From Hypanus sabinus (taxonomy: Eukaryota): 64,000 bases of DNA. Location: NCBI RefSeq assembly GCF_030144855.1, contig NC_082707.1, positions 167,586,001-167,650,000 of the forward strand, read 5' to 3'. Shown piece after piece: positions 1-11,584 of the stretch. The notes beneath the pieces are model-generated. The model was not told the DNA's origin. It saw only the letters and a program-made list of their open reading frames with translations, and did no database searches. The translations under genes and the position numbers were made by a program. Position 1 is the first letter of the stretch. Each line of letters begins with the position of its first letter.

Positions 1-962
1 TAGCCCACCCCCCCAATAACCTACTATCCATGTACCAATCCAATTTTAAACAAAAATCAAGTTCACATTCAACACTTGTGTTGGCAGCTCATTCCATACT
101 CTCATAACCCTCTGATTGAAGAATTTTTCCCTCACGTTCCCTCTAAACTTTTCACCTTTCACCCTTAACCCATGACCTCTGGTTATAGTTACACCCAACC
201 TCAGTGGAAAAACCCAATTGCATTTACCCAATCTATATCCTTCATAATTTTGTATCCCTCTATCAAATCTCCTCTCAGCCTTCTGCAGTCTGAGGAATAC
301 AGTCCTAACCTATCCAATCTTTCCTTGTAACTCAGCACCTCCAGTCTTGGCAACATAATTGTAAATTTTCTTTGTACTCTTTCAACCTTGTTTACATCTT
401 TCCTGTAGGTAGGTGAGCAAAACTGCACACAATTCTCCAAATTGTATTATACAACTTCAACATAACATCCCATCTCCTGTACTCAATACATTGATTTGTG
501 AAGGCCAATGTGTCAAGCTGTGATGCCACTTTCAGCAAATTATGGACCTGTATTCCCAGATCCCTTTGTTCTGCCATACTCCTCAAAGTGCAAAATCTCC
601 CACTTGTCTGCATTAAATTCCATCTGTCATCTTTCAGCCCATTTTTCTAGCTGATGCAGATCCCTCTGCAAACTATCATAACCTTCACCGCTGTCCACTA
701 CACCCACAATCATGGTGTCACCTGCAAATCTGCTGATCCAGTTAGTCACAGTATCAACCAGATCATTGATACGGATCACAAACCACAAAGGGCCCGGCAC
801 CAGTCCCTGCGGCACACCACTAATCATAGACCTCAAGTCAGAGAGACAACCGTCAATGACCACTCTCTGACTTCTCCCACAAAGCCAATGTCCAATTCAG
901 TTTACTACCTCATCCTGAATGCCAAGCGGCTGAATCTTCTTGACCAACCTCCCATGTGGGAC
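1..962 (-). mobile_element. CR1-clade LINE 3' fragment (decayed RT and 3' end)
   Basis: Minus-strand ORFs read GVPQGLVPGP..FAGDTMIVG, VQFCSPTYRKDVNKVERVQRKFT and TRGHGLRV..FFNQRVMRVWNELP, which are CR1 RT and C-terminal motifs, split by frameshifts. Confidence 0.9.
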
Positions 963-1059
963 GACAATGAGAATTAGTAAAGCAGCAATTCATCTGAGGT
1001 CATTTGTACCAAATATGCACGTATCAAAGTGACTTCTGTTTGTACTCCACCACCAAAAT

Positions 1060-1279
1060 TTGGTTTCATTGAATTTTTTTGTATTTATGTTATTTCTGAT
1101 TTTGCACTATTTTTATTTTAACTATTAAATATACATATATATATACTTACTGTAATGGTTTACTGATTTACTTATTCTTTTAACTTCATTTTCCTCTGTA
1201 TTATCATGCATTGCATTTTACTGCTGCTGCTAAGTTATCACCGACATATGGGGGTGATATTAAATCTGATTCTGATTCA
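1060..1279 (+). mobile_element. LINE 3' tail fragment (Rex1/Babar-like)
   Basis: AT-rich 3' UTR ending ggtgatattaaatctgattctgattc. The same tail type occurs on the minus strand at ~1503, attached to Rex1-like coding remnants. Confidence 0.55.
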
Positions 1280-1502
1280 GTGAATTTCAGAAGTGCTGTA
1301 CTATCTGCAGCTGATACAATATGTGGACATTTAATGCAGGCAAATGAGGGAATGTAAATTGATGGTTCGCATATCAATGCAGCTTGTTGAGAAATTCATG
1401 CAGCAGAAAGCTTCCAACTCACGAAGCCTGAACAGCTGAGGTTTTTAAAGAAATTGCATTTATTTTCTGACTATAGGGAATAAAGCACATTTAATATAAG
1501 TA

Positions 1503-1995
1503 TAAGAATCAGTATCAGATTTAATATCACTGATATGTTGTGATATTTGTTTTGCAGCAGTAATACATCGCAATACATAAAAACACTATAGATAAAACCA
1601 TATATTAAAAAATATGTAGAGCAAAAAGAGAGCAAAATAAAACTATAATAGTGAGGTGGTGTCCATGGGTTCATTGTCCATTCAGAAATCTGATGGTGGA
1701 GGGGAAGAAGCTGATGAGTGTGAGTCTTCAGGCTCCTGTACTGCCTCCTGATGATAGCAATGAGAAGACGGTACATCCCAGGTGATGGGGGTCCTTAATA
1801 ATGGATGCAACCTTTTTAAGGCATCGCCTTTTGAACGTGTCCTCAGTGCTGAGGAGGCTAGTGCCCATCATGGAGCTGGCTGAGTTTACAACTTACTGCA
1901 GCTTTTTCCGATCCTGTGCAGTGGCCCCTTCCATACCAGACAGTGATGCAACCAGTTAGAATGCTCTTCGTGGTACATTTGTAGAAATTTTCAAG
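1503..1995 (-). mobile_element. Rex1/Babar LINE 3' fragment
   Basis: Minus-strand remnant of the HP.H.LF.LLPSGRRYRS motif (ORF 1471..1776 'IRRQYRSLKTHT') plus a (CTGATT)n-type tail. Confidence 0.75.
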
Positions 1996-3066
1996 AGAAA
2001 TAAATGATGATGTATATTTCTGTGAAGTAATAGCACCTTTAGTATTACTACAGTGTTTTATACTTCACTACAATATTAAGAGTACAGAGTTAAAGAATAA
2101 TAGATCCTATTGATCTCCCATTTAGATCAGTTGGGACAAAGAAAGCCTGCTGACCATGGTGGAAACAGTGTAAAACCTCATTTCTGATCTTCTCATGAGT
2201 AAAAGCAAATCAAGCTATGGCAGAGCAAACCATTGATCATGGCTTAGAACTTGCAGTCAGCGGCGAAGTAAAGGTGATGCCGCTAATCTTAAATAAAACT
2301 TGAGCAGTAAAATAGTGGCTTTATATAGACAGCAAATAAAGAACAAAAATAGCTGAGATATCATAAACATCTAATAAAACAAAAACATTCATTTTGAAAT
2401 GTCCACGTATGTCAGGTAAATTGCTGAACAGTAATAATGGAGCACCATTGAAGACTCAGGTACTTTACATTGGTACTAATTAAATACTACTTCCAGAATT
2501 CACATCACTTCAACTTATTTCCTTAGAACGAGTCAATGAATAATGAAAATAAATGCCACTCTTGTTACAAATGAGTTAAGGCACATTATTTATAATGTTG
2601 TAATAGCCACAACAATTTTTGTACACTTGAATTGTGTCATCTTCAAGCAAGTATAATGAAGTGTAGCAAAATACTTTTAATGGACTCATTGGAGTTTGGA
2701 AGGTCACATGGCCATCTTCACTTCATACAAACTGGCTTGCTATTTCAGAGAATACAGTTTGAATGTGTTCTGGTTGTTCAGTGATGGTTTGGCTCAATGT
2801 AGACTAGTTTTTTAAAAAATCTGATTTATTTATGGTACAGGTATTTATCACAACACTCACCCCATCTCTGTTGTATCTCTTTACAATGTATTTCTCCTGC
2901 AGTGATTTTTGAGGTGCAATAATTCCTGTAGTTACTCAAAATGAAATTTACCAGTTTTCTTTGTTCACAAATTGAACAAGTTAAGCTATACTGTTTCTAT
3001 TAAAAGTTTACTTAAAACTTACACATAATGGTGAAAGTCAATATGATCCTATTGCATCTTTATATA

Positions 3067-3587
3067 TGTGACTCTCACTTCGGCTAGCGGCTTAATATAG
3101 GGGGTGATAGTCCCTTGGCCCAGCCAAACTTAAGAAATCTCATTTGGATGGATGCTGTGCGATGTGTCCCCTGTTACTAATCAGTACCACAAAATAACAG
3201 ACAGTACACAATATGCGATTAAACAATTCAGCTTTATAATTCTTAATTTGACCATACGGTTAGTAAAGAAAACAAAAAAAAGAAAAAGGCCCATTCTCAT
3301 GAAACAGTCTAATACGCAATGTTGGAGCTCACTGATAAGCCACTCGTCCACCATCGAGCTCCTCCGATCGTCGCTGACCTTTGGACCCTCACTCCAAGTC
3401 CATTCTGTCCGGTGGTCTACCAACTCTCTCCATTCGCGTTTTCTCTCCTCATCTCTCCCCGGCAAAAGACTGCGAGACTCACATGAAAGAACAACATTCC
3501 AATGCCCCGTTATCTTTAGTCATAACCCAAACATTGCTGCTGCAGAGGAACCATTACATTAGCAGTGAAATATTACAGCGTGTTATA
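3067..3587 (-). repeat. 3' LTR of the PNMA-gag Gypsy element
   Basis: Aligns by eye along its length to 4775-5309 and abuts the PPT. Confidence 0.9.
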
Positions 3588-3631
3588 CTCTCCCCCCCAC
3601 CAAATTTAGTCATGTCCTCATGACATTGAGA

Positions 3632-3970
3632 TCATTCGCCAACCCTTCCTGCAAAACACCAAGTCCAATCCAGGTGTAAAAGACAGTGACATAGCTCCCC
3701 AAAATGGTAGACGTCACACTCTTCCCCTGATGCTACATAGGACAGCCTATCTGGTGGTCTCCTAATTCTCTGAGACCGCCACACCCCCTCATCTAACTCT
3801 TCAAATTCAGTCAGTACTGAGGATACTTCCAGTCTACCTGGCGAGGTCTCCCCCGATCTATCACTCATGCCCACCTGCAACTCAGAGCCCTCTGTCCTGT
3901 ATTCTCTAATTAGCTCAACAGAAGATGGAGGGGGAGTGCATCTTATGAGACTGTCGGAGACCCCAGGCAA
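3632..3970 (-). pseudogene. C-terminal tail of Gypsy Pol (post-integrase)
   Basis: 'RRSQRIRRPPDRLSY'-type basic motif typical of Gypsy integrase tails, immediately upstream of the PPT. Confidence 0.65.
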
Positions 3971-3975
3971 TTAGG

Positions 3976-4690
3976 TCATGGGACTGGGTGCCCCTGGATA
4001 TCTGATCCATTCTTAACTGATCCACCTCTGCGCCGCAAACAATTTAACTGCCCCTCTAGCCGAAAAATGAAAGCAGAAAGCTTCTCCCCCTTCTCCTGAC
4101 GCACGTTCTGAAACCCCACCATGAGTTCCTTTGGGCTTCCTGTCGGGCCAAGAGCATTGTCTATTGCTTGCATGTAATTGACAGCTGTCACTACTAGATA
4201 TTTTAACCTGACGGCTCTCACAACGTCAGCGGCCTGCCCATTCAAACTTTCAACCAACCTGTATCGCTTTTCATCATCCAAGCACAGCCACTCATCTAAC
4301 AACTGAGAGGTCTGTTCCACCCATGTCTCATACTCCTCCTCCCCTTTAGGGGTGGGCGTTATTCCAGAGAATAGGCGGAGTCTACCATAGCTGGGACTTT
4401 GAATCTTATTCTTCCATTTATTCACTAGAGAAGTAAGGGCGGATACTAACTCAGAATTCTCACTCTTCACCGAGGAACATGGACTAATTAGACATTCCAA
4501 ATCTGATCACTCCTTCCTCTCACTCTTCAGAAACGATAAAACCCTGTCTTTGAAATCTCCGACCCCAGCTACCTCTATCTCAGCGCTGGTCTGCATTAAA
4601 ACAAGAGCTGCGTGAGCCATTTTTATCAAACCTCCACCCACAATCGCAACTTTAACAGTACTCAACAGGCGAATTAACAATTCACCTGGA
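3976..4690 (-). pseudogene. PNMA/Ma-like Gypsy gag (capsid) remnant
   Basis: ORF 3976..4500: YGRLRLFSGITPTPKGEEEYETWVEQ..LVESLNGQAADVV..QEKGEKLSAFIFRLE, which matches the PNMA capsid domain pattern. The frame continues upstream through one TGA (..KSERKE*SDLEC) at ~4507. Confidence 0.85.
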
Positions 4691-4774
4691 GTACGAAAAT
4701 CTACTCCACTGGTTCATTGCTCAGGGTAATCACACAGCATCCAACGGAATCAATCCCAAATGAAAGCCCACAAT

Positions 4775-5309
4775 TGTGGCTCTTGCTTCGGTTAGTGGCT
4801 TAATAAAGGAGGTGATAGCCCCCCAGCCCAGCCAAACTTCAGAAATCTCATTTGGGTGGATGCTGCGCGATGTGCCCCCTGTTACAAATCAGTAGCACGA
4901 AATAACAAACAGTACAGAATATGCGATTAAATGATCCAGCTTTATAGTTCTTAATCTGACTATATGGTTAGTAAAGAAAACAAAAAAAAGTGAAAGGGCC
5001 CATTCTCATGAAACTGTCTAATGTGCAATTGGGAGCTCACTGATAAGCCAGTCGTCCACCATCGACCTCCTCCGATGGCTGCTGACCTTCGGACCCTCAC
5101 TCCAAGTCCACCCCGTCTGGCAGTCTTCCAACTCTCTCTATTTGCGACTTCTCTTCTCATCTCTCCATGACAAAAGACCGCAAAGACCTCTCTTCCAGAC
5201 TCACACAAAAGAACAACATTCCAAAGACCCGTTATCTCTAGACATAACCCAAACATTGCTGGTTAAGAGAAACCGTTACATTAGCAGTGAAACATTACAG
5301 CATGCTACA
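4775..5309 (-). repeat. 5' LTR of the PNMA-gag Gypsy element
   Basis: On the minus strand begins TGTAGCATG, ends GAGCCACA, and is followed by the PBS-like motif. Confidence 0.9.
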
Positions 5310-5364
5310 TATATATGCTAAATGTTTGATTTCTGTAATTGCAGGAATATTAAAGGTGAAAGAA

Positions 5365-5800
5365 ACATAGACAGAAAGTGGTGGATACAGTCTAGTCCAT
5401 TGCAGGTGCAGCCTTTCCTGTCACTGAGTACATCTACATGGACAGCTGCCACAAGGAAGTACATCTATCATAAAAGACTGTCACAATCCAGGCCATGCCC
5501 TCATTTTGCTACTACCAGCAGATATAAGTTACAGAAGACTTAGGTCCCACACCACCAGGTTCAAGAACAGTTGTAACCTTACAACCTTTAGGCTCCTGAA
5601 TTGACATGAATCACTTCACTCACCACTACTCAGAACAGGTTCTGTGATCTCCAAACTCACTTTCAAGGACTCTTTACAACTCATGTTCTCTGTACTATTT
5701 TTATTTGCAGTTTCTCTTTTTTTTTTGCACGTTGGTGTTTGTCAGTCTTTGTTTTAAATAGTTTTTCAGAAAATCTATTACTTCTGTTTTTATTGTAAAC
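5365..5800 (+). mobile_element. Rex1/Babar LINE 3' fragment
   Basis: Remnant 'acacaccaccaggttcaagaacagt' (T.RFKNS) with the same 3' UTR as the copy at 54230-54856. Confidence 0.7.
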
Positions 5801-5935
5801 AAGAGAAAATCTGCAGATGCTGGAAATCCAAGCAACACACTCAAAATGCAGGAAGAACTCAGCAGGCCAGGCAGCATCAATGGAAGAGAGTAAATTGTCG
5901 ACGTTTCAGGCCGAGATCCTTCATCAGGACTGGAA
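5801..5935 (-). mobile_element. Penelope-like terminal repeat fragment
   Basis: Reverse complement of the terminal repeat that ends the GIY-YIG element at 22750-22847. Confidence 0.8.
5897..5933 (-). ncRNA. Minimal type I hammerhead ribozyme motif
   Basis: Minus strand: GUC-CUGAUGA-AGG(AUCUCGG)CCU-GAAA-CG-UC^GAC. Intact catalytic core, 3-bp stem II, stem I GUC/GAC, palindromic ACGU stem III. Confidence 0.7.
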
Positions 5936-6519
5936 AAAAAAACATTGTAGTTGTAGATTTGCTTATAATTAAGGTAAGTTATTATAATTAATGTTTATGA
6001 TATTTCTTTTTGGTTAAACAAAATGTTGATTAAGGATTAGTGCACTCTGTTGACCTGTGGCCATAGTGCTAGAGGCATTTTATAGTTCCAATTTATTGGT
6101 TCTAATTCTTTAAAATAAGGGTTCTCTTTGAATTATCCAATTGCGTACAACTGTATTTCATGTGGATGACCAATTTTAATTTGTCTCTTATTATGTTTTC
6201 CTCTACCTGAGGTCTGCAGAGAAATAAAATTATATTTATAAAATAAAATTATAAAATTGGCGCTGTTCACATCTTGAGTTCTAAGTTAGGATGTTGGTCA
6301 AGTTGTTTAGTTGCTCAAGGGGACCAACTGACTTGGAGACCTGGTAATTTACAGTTGTCAAAAGCATTCAAATTCTTATTAAACCTCTGTAAAAACAGTT
6401 CAATAGATGAAAAAGATATATCTAATTATCTAATAAGTAATTGGACTTATCTTGAAACACTATAAATGTGTTTAAAAACCTAAAGATAAAGAAAAATATA
6501 TTAAGAAAACAGAGACCAA

Positions 6520-6620
6520 TGACTGCAGATGCTGGAATACGGAATGCTGATAGAGCACAGTGGATCATGTAGTATCATGGAGGGAAATGGACAGCAGACA
6601 TTTCAGGTTGAGAACCAGTC
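6520..6620 (-). mobile_element. Highly decayed Penelope terminal-repeat fragment
   Basis: ctgcagatgctggaa...gacatttcaggttgaga resembles 5801-5935. The ribozyme core is not intact. Confidence 0.5.
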
Positions 6621-6711
6621 CAGGGGGAAGTAAGTAAGATATGAAAGTAACATGAAGAAGTGCGGGGGAGAGTAATTTTTTTTCTGTGTTTTACTCAATC
6701 ATAATAAACAA

Positions 6712-6900
6712 TTCATATCACCATTTATTTATATATATATATTTAAAAGCATTTAATTCCTCTTGGCTTTTTTTAAATTTAATTTATCATTGATGAATAT
6801 ATGCAGTTCAGATGCCTATAGCAAGAATCTCAGAATCTGAAGCCTGAGGCCTAGTTGCTTGTCCTGGCCTGCCTTACATTTGGAAGTGAATCCTTCATAG
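6712..6900 (+). repeat. ~185-bp local direct duplication, copy 1 (copy 2 at 9499-9681)
   Basis: ttcatatcaccatttattt...ggaagtgaatcc(t/g)tcatag occurs twice, highly similar. Confidence 0.9.
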
Positions 6901-7235
6901 GACCTAAAAATATAAGTGTTGCTGGGCAGAGGAGAGTAGGGAAGCAGTAGGTGAAAAGTGGCTGAGTGGTTTAAGTGTAAGGACCACAATCCAGCCCCAT
7001 GAATTTTAAAGAGAATACAAATCACCAAAACATACTTTCAAATGGATTTCTTTTACCTAACTCGGATACTACATGCCACTGAATCATTTCCATGACTGCC
7101 TTTTCCAGTTGGAACTATGGCCATCAGAGGAAACTCAGCCTGACTCCTCTTCGGAAACAAGAAATGCGCCGTTACATTGTTCAGTCTTAACTGATGCAGG
7201 AAACAGCTCCTTCATTGAAATTAAAATGATGTGGT

Positions 7236-8716
7236 TCAAGGGTAGTAAAATGCAGATTACTCCCGGTGCTGTGCTGGTGAGTCCAGGAATAGAAATATAG
7301 GCCAGATGAATGTGTGGCTGAGGAGCTGGTGTAGGGGACAGGGATTCAGGTTCTCTTCTGAGCTACAGGCAACCTGTACAAGAGGGATGGGTTGCACTTG
7401 AAACAGAAGGATCCAATATTCTGGTGGAGAACTTTGTTTTTGCCACCAGGGAGGATTTAAACTTGGTCGATAGGGAGGTGGGACTCAAAAGGGTGAAGTC
7501 AATGAGAAGATAAATGTACTTGCAGCAACCAAAGGGTGTAACCCTGGTAATCAGGATACCCATGTTTACAATAAAAACAGCAGACTAGTACTTTAAATTA
7601 TATCTGCTTTGATGCATGTGGCTCGCCAGATAAGGTGAATGAACTGACGGCATGGATCGCCTCTATGGACTGTGATATTGGGGCCATAACACAAAAGTGA
7701 CAAAGGAAAGAACAGCACGGCATCTCAATGTTTGGGGATACCCACGCTGTAGGCATGATGGAGGAACAGGCAACAGTGGATGAGGTGCGTTGCCTTTTCA
7801 AAGTTCACAGTTCAAAGTGAATTTATTATCAAAGTAAGCATATATTACTATATACCACCTTGAGTTTAATTCTCTTGCAGGCACTTACAGTAAAACGACA
7901 TAACAGAATTTAACAAAAAGAGCATACAAACAGGCCGTCTGACAAGCACCAAAGTGCAAAAGAAGACAAACTGTGCAAATAAAAATAATACTGAACATGT
8001 GAGCTGTGAAGACTCCTTGAAGGTGAGTCTGTAGATCATCGAATCAGTCCAGAGAAAAGGTGAATAAGGTTATGCTTGCCAGTTCAGGAACCTGATGGTT
8101 GTAGAGTTATAATTGAGCCTGGTGGTGCTTCTGTATCATCTGCCTGATGGTAGCAGAGAGAAGAGGGCATGGCCTGTAGTGAGTAGAAGGTGGTAGTGAG
8201 AAGGGTGATTTTTTGATAAGGCAGGACATTATATCAGAGTTTAGAGAGGACGTTATTGAGGGCTCATCTAATGAATCCACTTTGGCAGAACTGAGAAATA
8301 AGAAAGAGATGGTCACTCTGGTAGAGCTATATCATAGAACAACCACCAATAATCAGCACAGCTGTGAGAACAGCAGGGTAGTGCTACTGGGAGATTTCGA
8401 TTTTCCCAGTATCAATTGGGCCGCCCAGGGTACAAAGGGCCTAGGTGAGGGGTATGGATAATATGGACGGTCATAGACCTTTGCCCAGGATTGTTGAGTT
8501 CAAAACTAGAGCGCACAGATACAATAGGAGAGATTTATAAAGGACTGAGCGGTAACAGAGGGTAGCAAATACCTGGAAAAAGCTGTCAGACGAAGTGGTT
8601 GAGGCATTTAGATAAGAGGGAAAACACGGGATAAACATGGGCAACTGGAACTAGCAGAGAGTGTGCTGTTGTGGCATGGACCAGTTGGGTCAAAGGGCAT
8701 GTTTCCATGCTGTACT
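7236..8716 (+). mobile_element. Decayed CR1 (ORF1 SGNH-esterase end, APE endonuclease, 3' end) interrupted by a minus-strand Rex1 tail at ~7797-8200
   Basis: 'QMNVWLRSWCRGQGFRF' esterase remnant and 'SRVVLLGDFDFPSINW' endonuclease motif (ORF 8213..8461). Confidence 0.75.
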
Positions 8717-8820
8717 TGTAACAACCATGGACTCTGCAGCAGGGTCTATGCGTCTGCGCAGGCTGGCTGTGCAATAGGTGCAACAATCACACACATGAGT
8801 ATGCACCATATCCAATCATT

Positions 8821-9497
8821 CATAGAAACATAGAAAACCTACAGCACAATACAAACCCTTTGGCCCACCAAGTTGTGCTGAACATGTCCCTACCTCAGAA
8901 ATTACTAGGCTTACCTGTAGCCCACTATTTTACTAATCTCCATGTACCTATCTAAAAGCCTCTTAAAAGACCCTATCATATCCGCCTCCACCACCATTGC
9001 CGGCAGCCCATTCCACACACTCACCACTCTCTGAGTAAAAAACTTACCCCTGACATCTCCTCTGTACCTACTACCCAGCATCTTAAATCTGTGTCCTCTA
9101 ATGGCAACCATTACAGCCCTGGGAAAAAGCCTCTGACTATCTACACGATCAATACCTCTCATCATCTTATACAACTCTATCAGGTCACCTCACATCCTCC
9201 TTCGCACCAAGGAGAAAAGGCCGAGTTCACTCAACCTATTCTCATAAGGCATGCTCCCCAATCCAGGCAACATCCTTGTAAATCTCCTCTGCACCCTTTC
9301 TATGGCTTCCATATCCTTCCTATAGTGAGGTGACCAGAACTGATCACAGTACTCCAAGTGGGGTCTGACCAGGGTCCTATAAAGCTGCAACATTACCTCT
9401 CGGCTCCTAAATTTAATTCCATGATTGACGAAGGCCAATGCATTGTATGCCTTCTTAACCACAGCGTCAACCTGCACAGCTGCTTTGAGCATCCTAT
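8821..9497 (-). mobile_element. 5'-truncated CR1 insertion (relatively young)
   Basis: ORFs 9190..9492 and 8911..9174 (LYRTLVRPHLEYC.QFWSPHYRKD) and a (TTTCTATG)n tail at 8821. Confidence 0.92.
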
Positions 9498-9498
9498 G

Positions 9499-9681
9499 TT
9501 CATATCACCATTTATTTATATATATTTTTTAAAGCATTTAAATCCCCTTGGCTGTTTTTAAATTTATCATTGATGAATATACACAGTTCAGATGCCTATA
9601 GCAAGAGTCTCAGAATCTGAAGCCTGAGGCCCTGTTGCTTATCCTGGCCTGCCTTACATCTTGGAAGTGAATCCGTCATAG
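9499..9681 (+). repeat. ~185-bp local direct duplication, copy 2
   Basis: Matches 6712-6900. It lies between the CR1 5' truncation point and the Gypsy RT remnant. Confidence 0.9.
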
Positions 9682-11029
9682 CCCCTTCCAATACAGGTGG
9701 GCTTCTTTTTTTGTGAGCAAGAGGATTGGTAAGTTCTTCCCCTGCATTGATTATCGTTCCTTAAACAATATCACTGTGAAGAACCACTACCTTCTTTGTC
9801 TGCTGGCATCTGCATTTGAACATTTCCAGGAAGCAAACATATTTTCCAGGATAAATCTATGCAATTCTTATAATTTTGTTCATATCAGAGAACGGGACAA
9901 GTGGAAGTACTTCACTGGTCACTATCAGTTCCTTGTGATGCCCTTTGGTCTGGTCCTAGTCAACGATGTGCTCAGAGAGACGTTGAATCAGTTCGTTTTT
10001 GTGACGTTTGGATCTATTCTCACTCTCATCAGCAACACGTGCAGCAGGTCCAGAGGGTTCTCAGATGGCACCTTAAGGATAATCCGTACGGCGAGCCAGA
10101 GAGGTGAGAGTTCCATAAAGACCAGGTGTCATTTTTGGGTTATGTGCTTAACCCTTCCAGTGCTCAAATGGACCTGAGTAAAGTTCAAGTGGTCACAGAG
10201 TGGCCAAAGCCATCTACGATCAAACAGGTACGGTGCTTCATAGGGTCTCCAAAATTTCAAATCTATCACGCAACCCATAAATGCACTCACCAGAAAGCAC
10301 TCTGCAAGTTCCATTGGCCAAACACACCAGAACAAGCATTCTGGGTACCGATGCGACATTTCTCCACGAGACTCATCCCAGATGTTCATTGTTGAGGTGG
10401 ATTTAACCGATGGCTGTACTCTTTCAGTGTTCTTTTGCAGATAGCCAGCTGCACCATTGGTCATTTCTTCCCTGTCACTTAACTCTGGCTGAGAGTAACT
10501 GCGATGTTGGGAACAGAGAACTTCTGGCAGTCAAGGAGACCCTGGATGAATGGAGACATTGGCTGGAGGGAACAGGGCATCCCTTTTTGGTTTGGACAAG
10601 AACCTCCCCTACATTCCAGATGCCAGGAGACTCAACTCCCGTCAAGTCTGCTGGGCTCTCTTCTTCACCCAGTTTAATTTCATCCTTACTACCGTCCCGA
10701 CAGCAAAGATATCAAGGCCGATGTGCCACATGTCAGAGGACAATGCCTGTCCAGAGCCCATCCTTCCTCGCTTGTGTATTGCTGTTCCGGTAATTTGGGG
10801 AATAGAGGCAGAGATGAGGGCTGGATGTGGGCCCAGGTATCTGAGTACTGATGTTGAGTGCAAAAGTGTTGCTGCGACACCACTCAACAACTGATGTCCA
10901 CCTTCTCATCACCGGCTGAAGTTCTGCCAACGATTGTTGGTGGGCTGCATGACAGGTTCGAATTTGGAAGAACTTGGTGCTGCAAAGTATCCGCTGAGTT
11001 AAAGGTGACTGTCCAGCCCCCCTGAGTGG

Positions 11030-11280
11030 GCATGTAGACCCTGCAGCAAAGTCTGTGGTTGTGACGGGGCCTCCATCCTTAGGTGCAGCTCCCGAGGTGC
11101 CTCAGACCGGAGCCTGCTGGAAATTCCTGATGTGTGATCTGTTCAGGATGTCCCTCAGGACCACGCCCCTCCCAATCCATGAAGAACTGGACCTTGCCCT
11201 GCACTCAGCAAGTTGCCCAGGAGATGCTGTACAGTATAGACCAGCGAACCACCCACCAAGTGGGGAGGAGAGGGAGGTGG
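11030..11280 (-). pseudogene. Inverted Gypsy chromodomain plus 3' LTR start
   Basis: Minus strand reads PPHLVGGSLVYTVQHLL..VQGKVQFFMDWEGRGPE..DILNRSHIRNFQ (chromodomain pattern Y.V..LL...QYLVDWEG.GPE), then CGTCACAACCACAG at 11066. Confidence 0.75.
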
Positions 11281-11584
11281 GGTCCTGAGGAACATCCTGC
11301 CTCATGACATCCAGGTATTCCAGTGTGCTCAGGTCTGTGGTGTCTCGGAGTCTGCACCGAGAGAGGGGAGACCTGTCACAGCCACAGCCTCTGCTGCAGG
11401 GTCTATATACCTGCACAACAGGTTCGACAATTGTGCTCGTGGGTATGCACATTCCAGCTAATTAGTGTACCATTATGGTGGTATTTAATGACCAAAAGTA
11501 CAGCGATGTTTTGCTCTTTCTCCCTCTCCATTTGGGACATATCCGAACATTTTACTATCAGTCTATGGCTCTGTTGAGGTCCAC

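Larger units (their letters stand above)
3067..5309 (-). mobile_element. Internally deleted Gypsy LTR retrotransposon with PNMA-like gag, both LTRs present
   Basis: Direct repeats at 3067-3587 and 4775-5309 with TG..CA-type ends. PPT GGTGGGGGGGAGAG at 3588-3601 (minus). Degenerate tRNA-Pro-like PBS TGTGGGCTTTCATTTGGGAT at ~4754-4773. Flanked by TATATA on both sides (TSD within a TA run). Confidence 0.9.
8717..11465 (+). mobile_element. Disrupted chromovirus-type Gypsy element (LTR start, RT/RNase H, chromodomain, PPT, LTR start)
   Basis: LTR 5' part TGTAACAACCATGG at 8717 and TGTCACAGCCACAG at 11374, the latter preceded by a purine tract at ~11359-11371. RT 'CIDYRSLNNITVKNHY', 'SFLGYV..MDLSKVQVVTEWPKP'. 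RNase H '[25 protein letters not shown]'. Confidence 0.8.

Noticed and set aside
3976-4500. Domesticated PNMA host gene
   Set aside because: It lies between LTRs with PBS and PPT, has an in-frame stop just upstream, starts at TTG rather than ATG, and is truncated by a deletion.
6788-6850. C/D-box snoRNA pair (TGATGA...CTGA in both duplicate copies)
   Set aside because: No terminal stem and no recognisable rRNA/snRNA antisense element. The duplication extends far beyond the motif.
7073-7300. Host exon after the acceptor-like ccttttccag at ~7108
   Set aside because: No convincing donor, peptide not recognised, and the 3' part runs into a CR1 ORF1 remnant.
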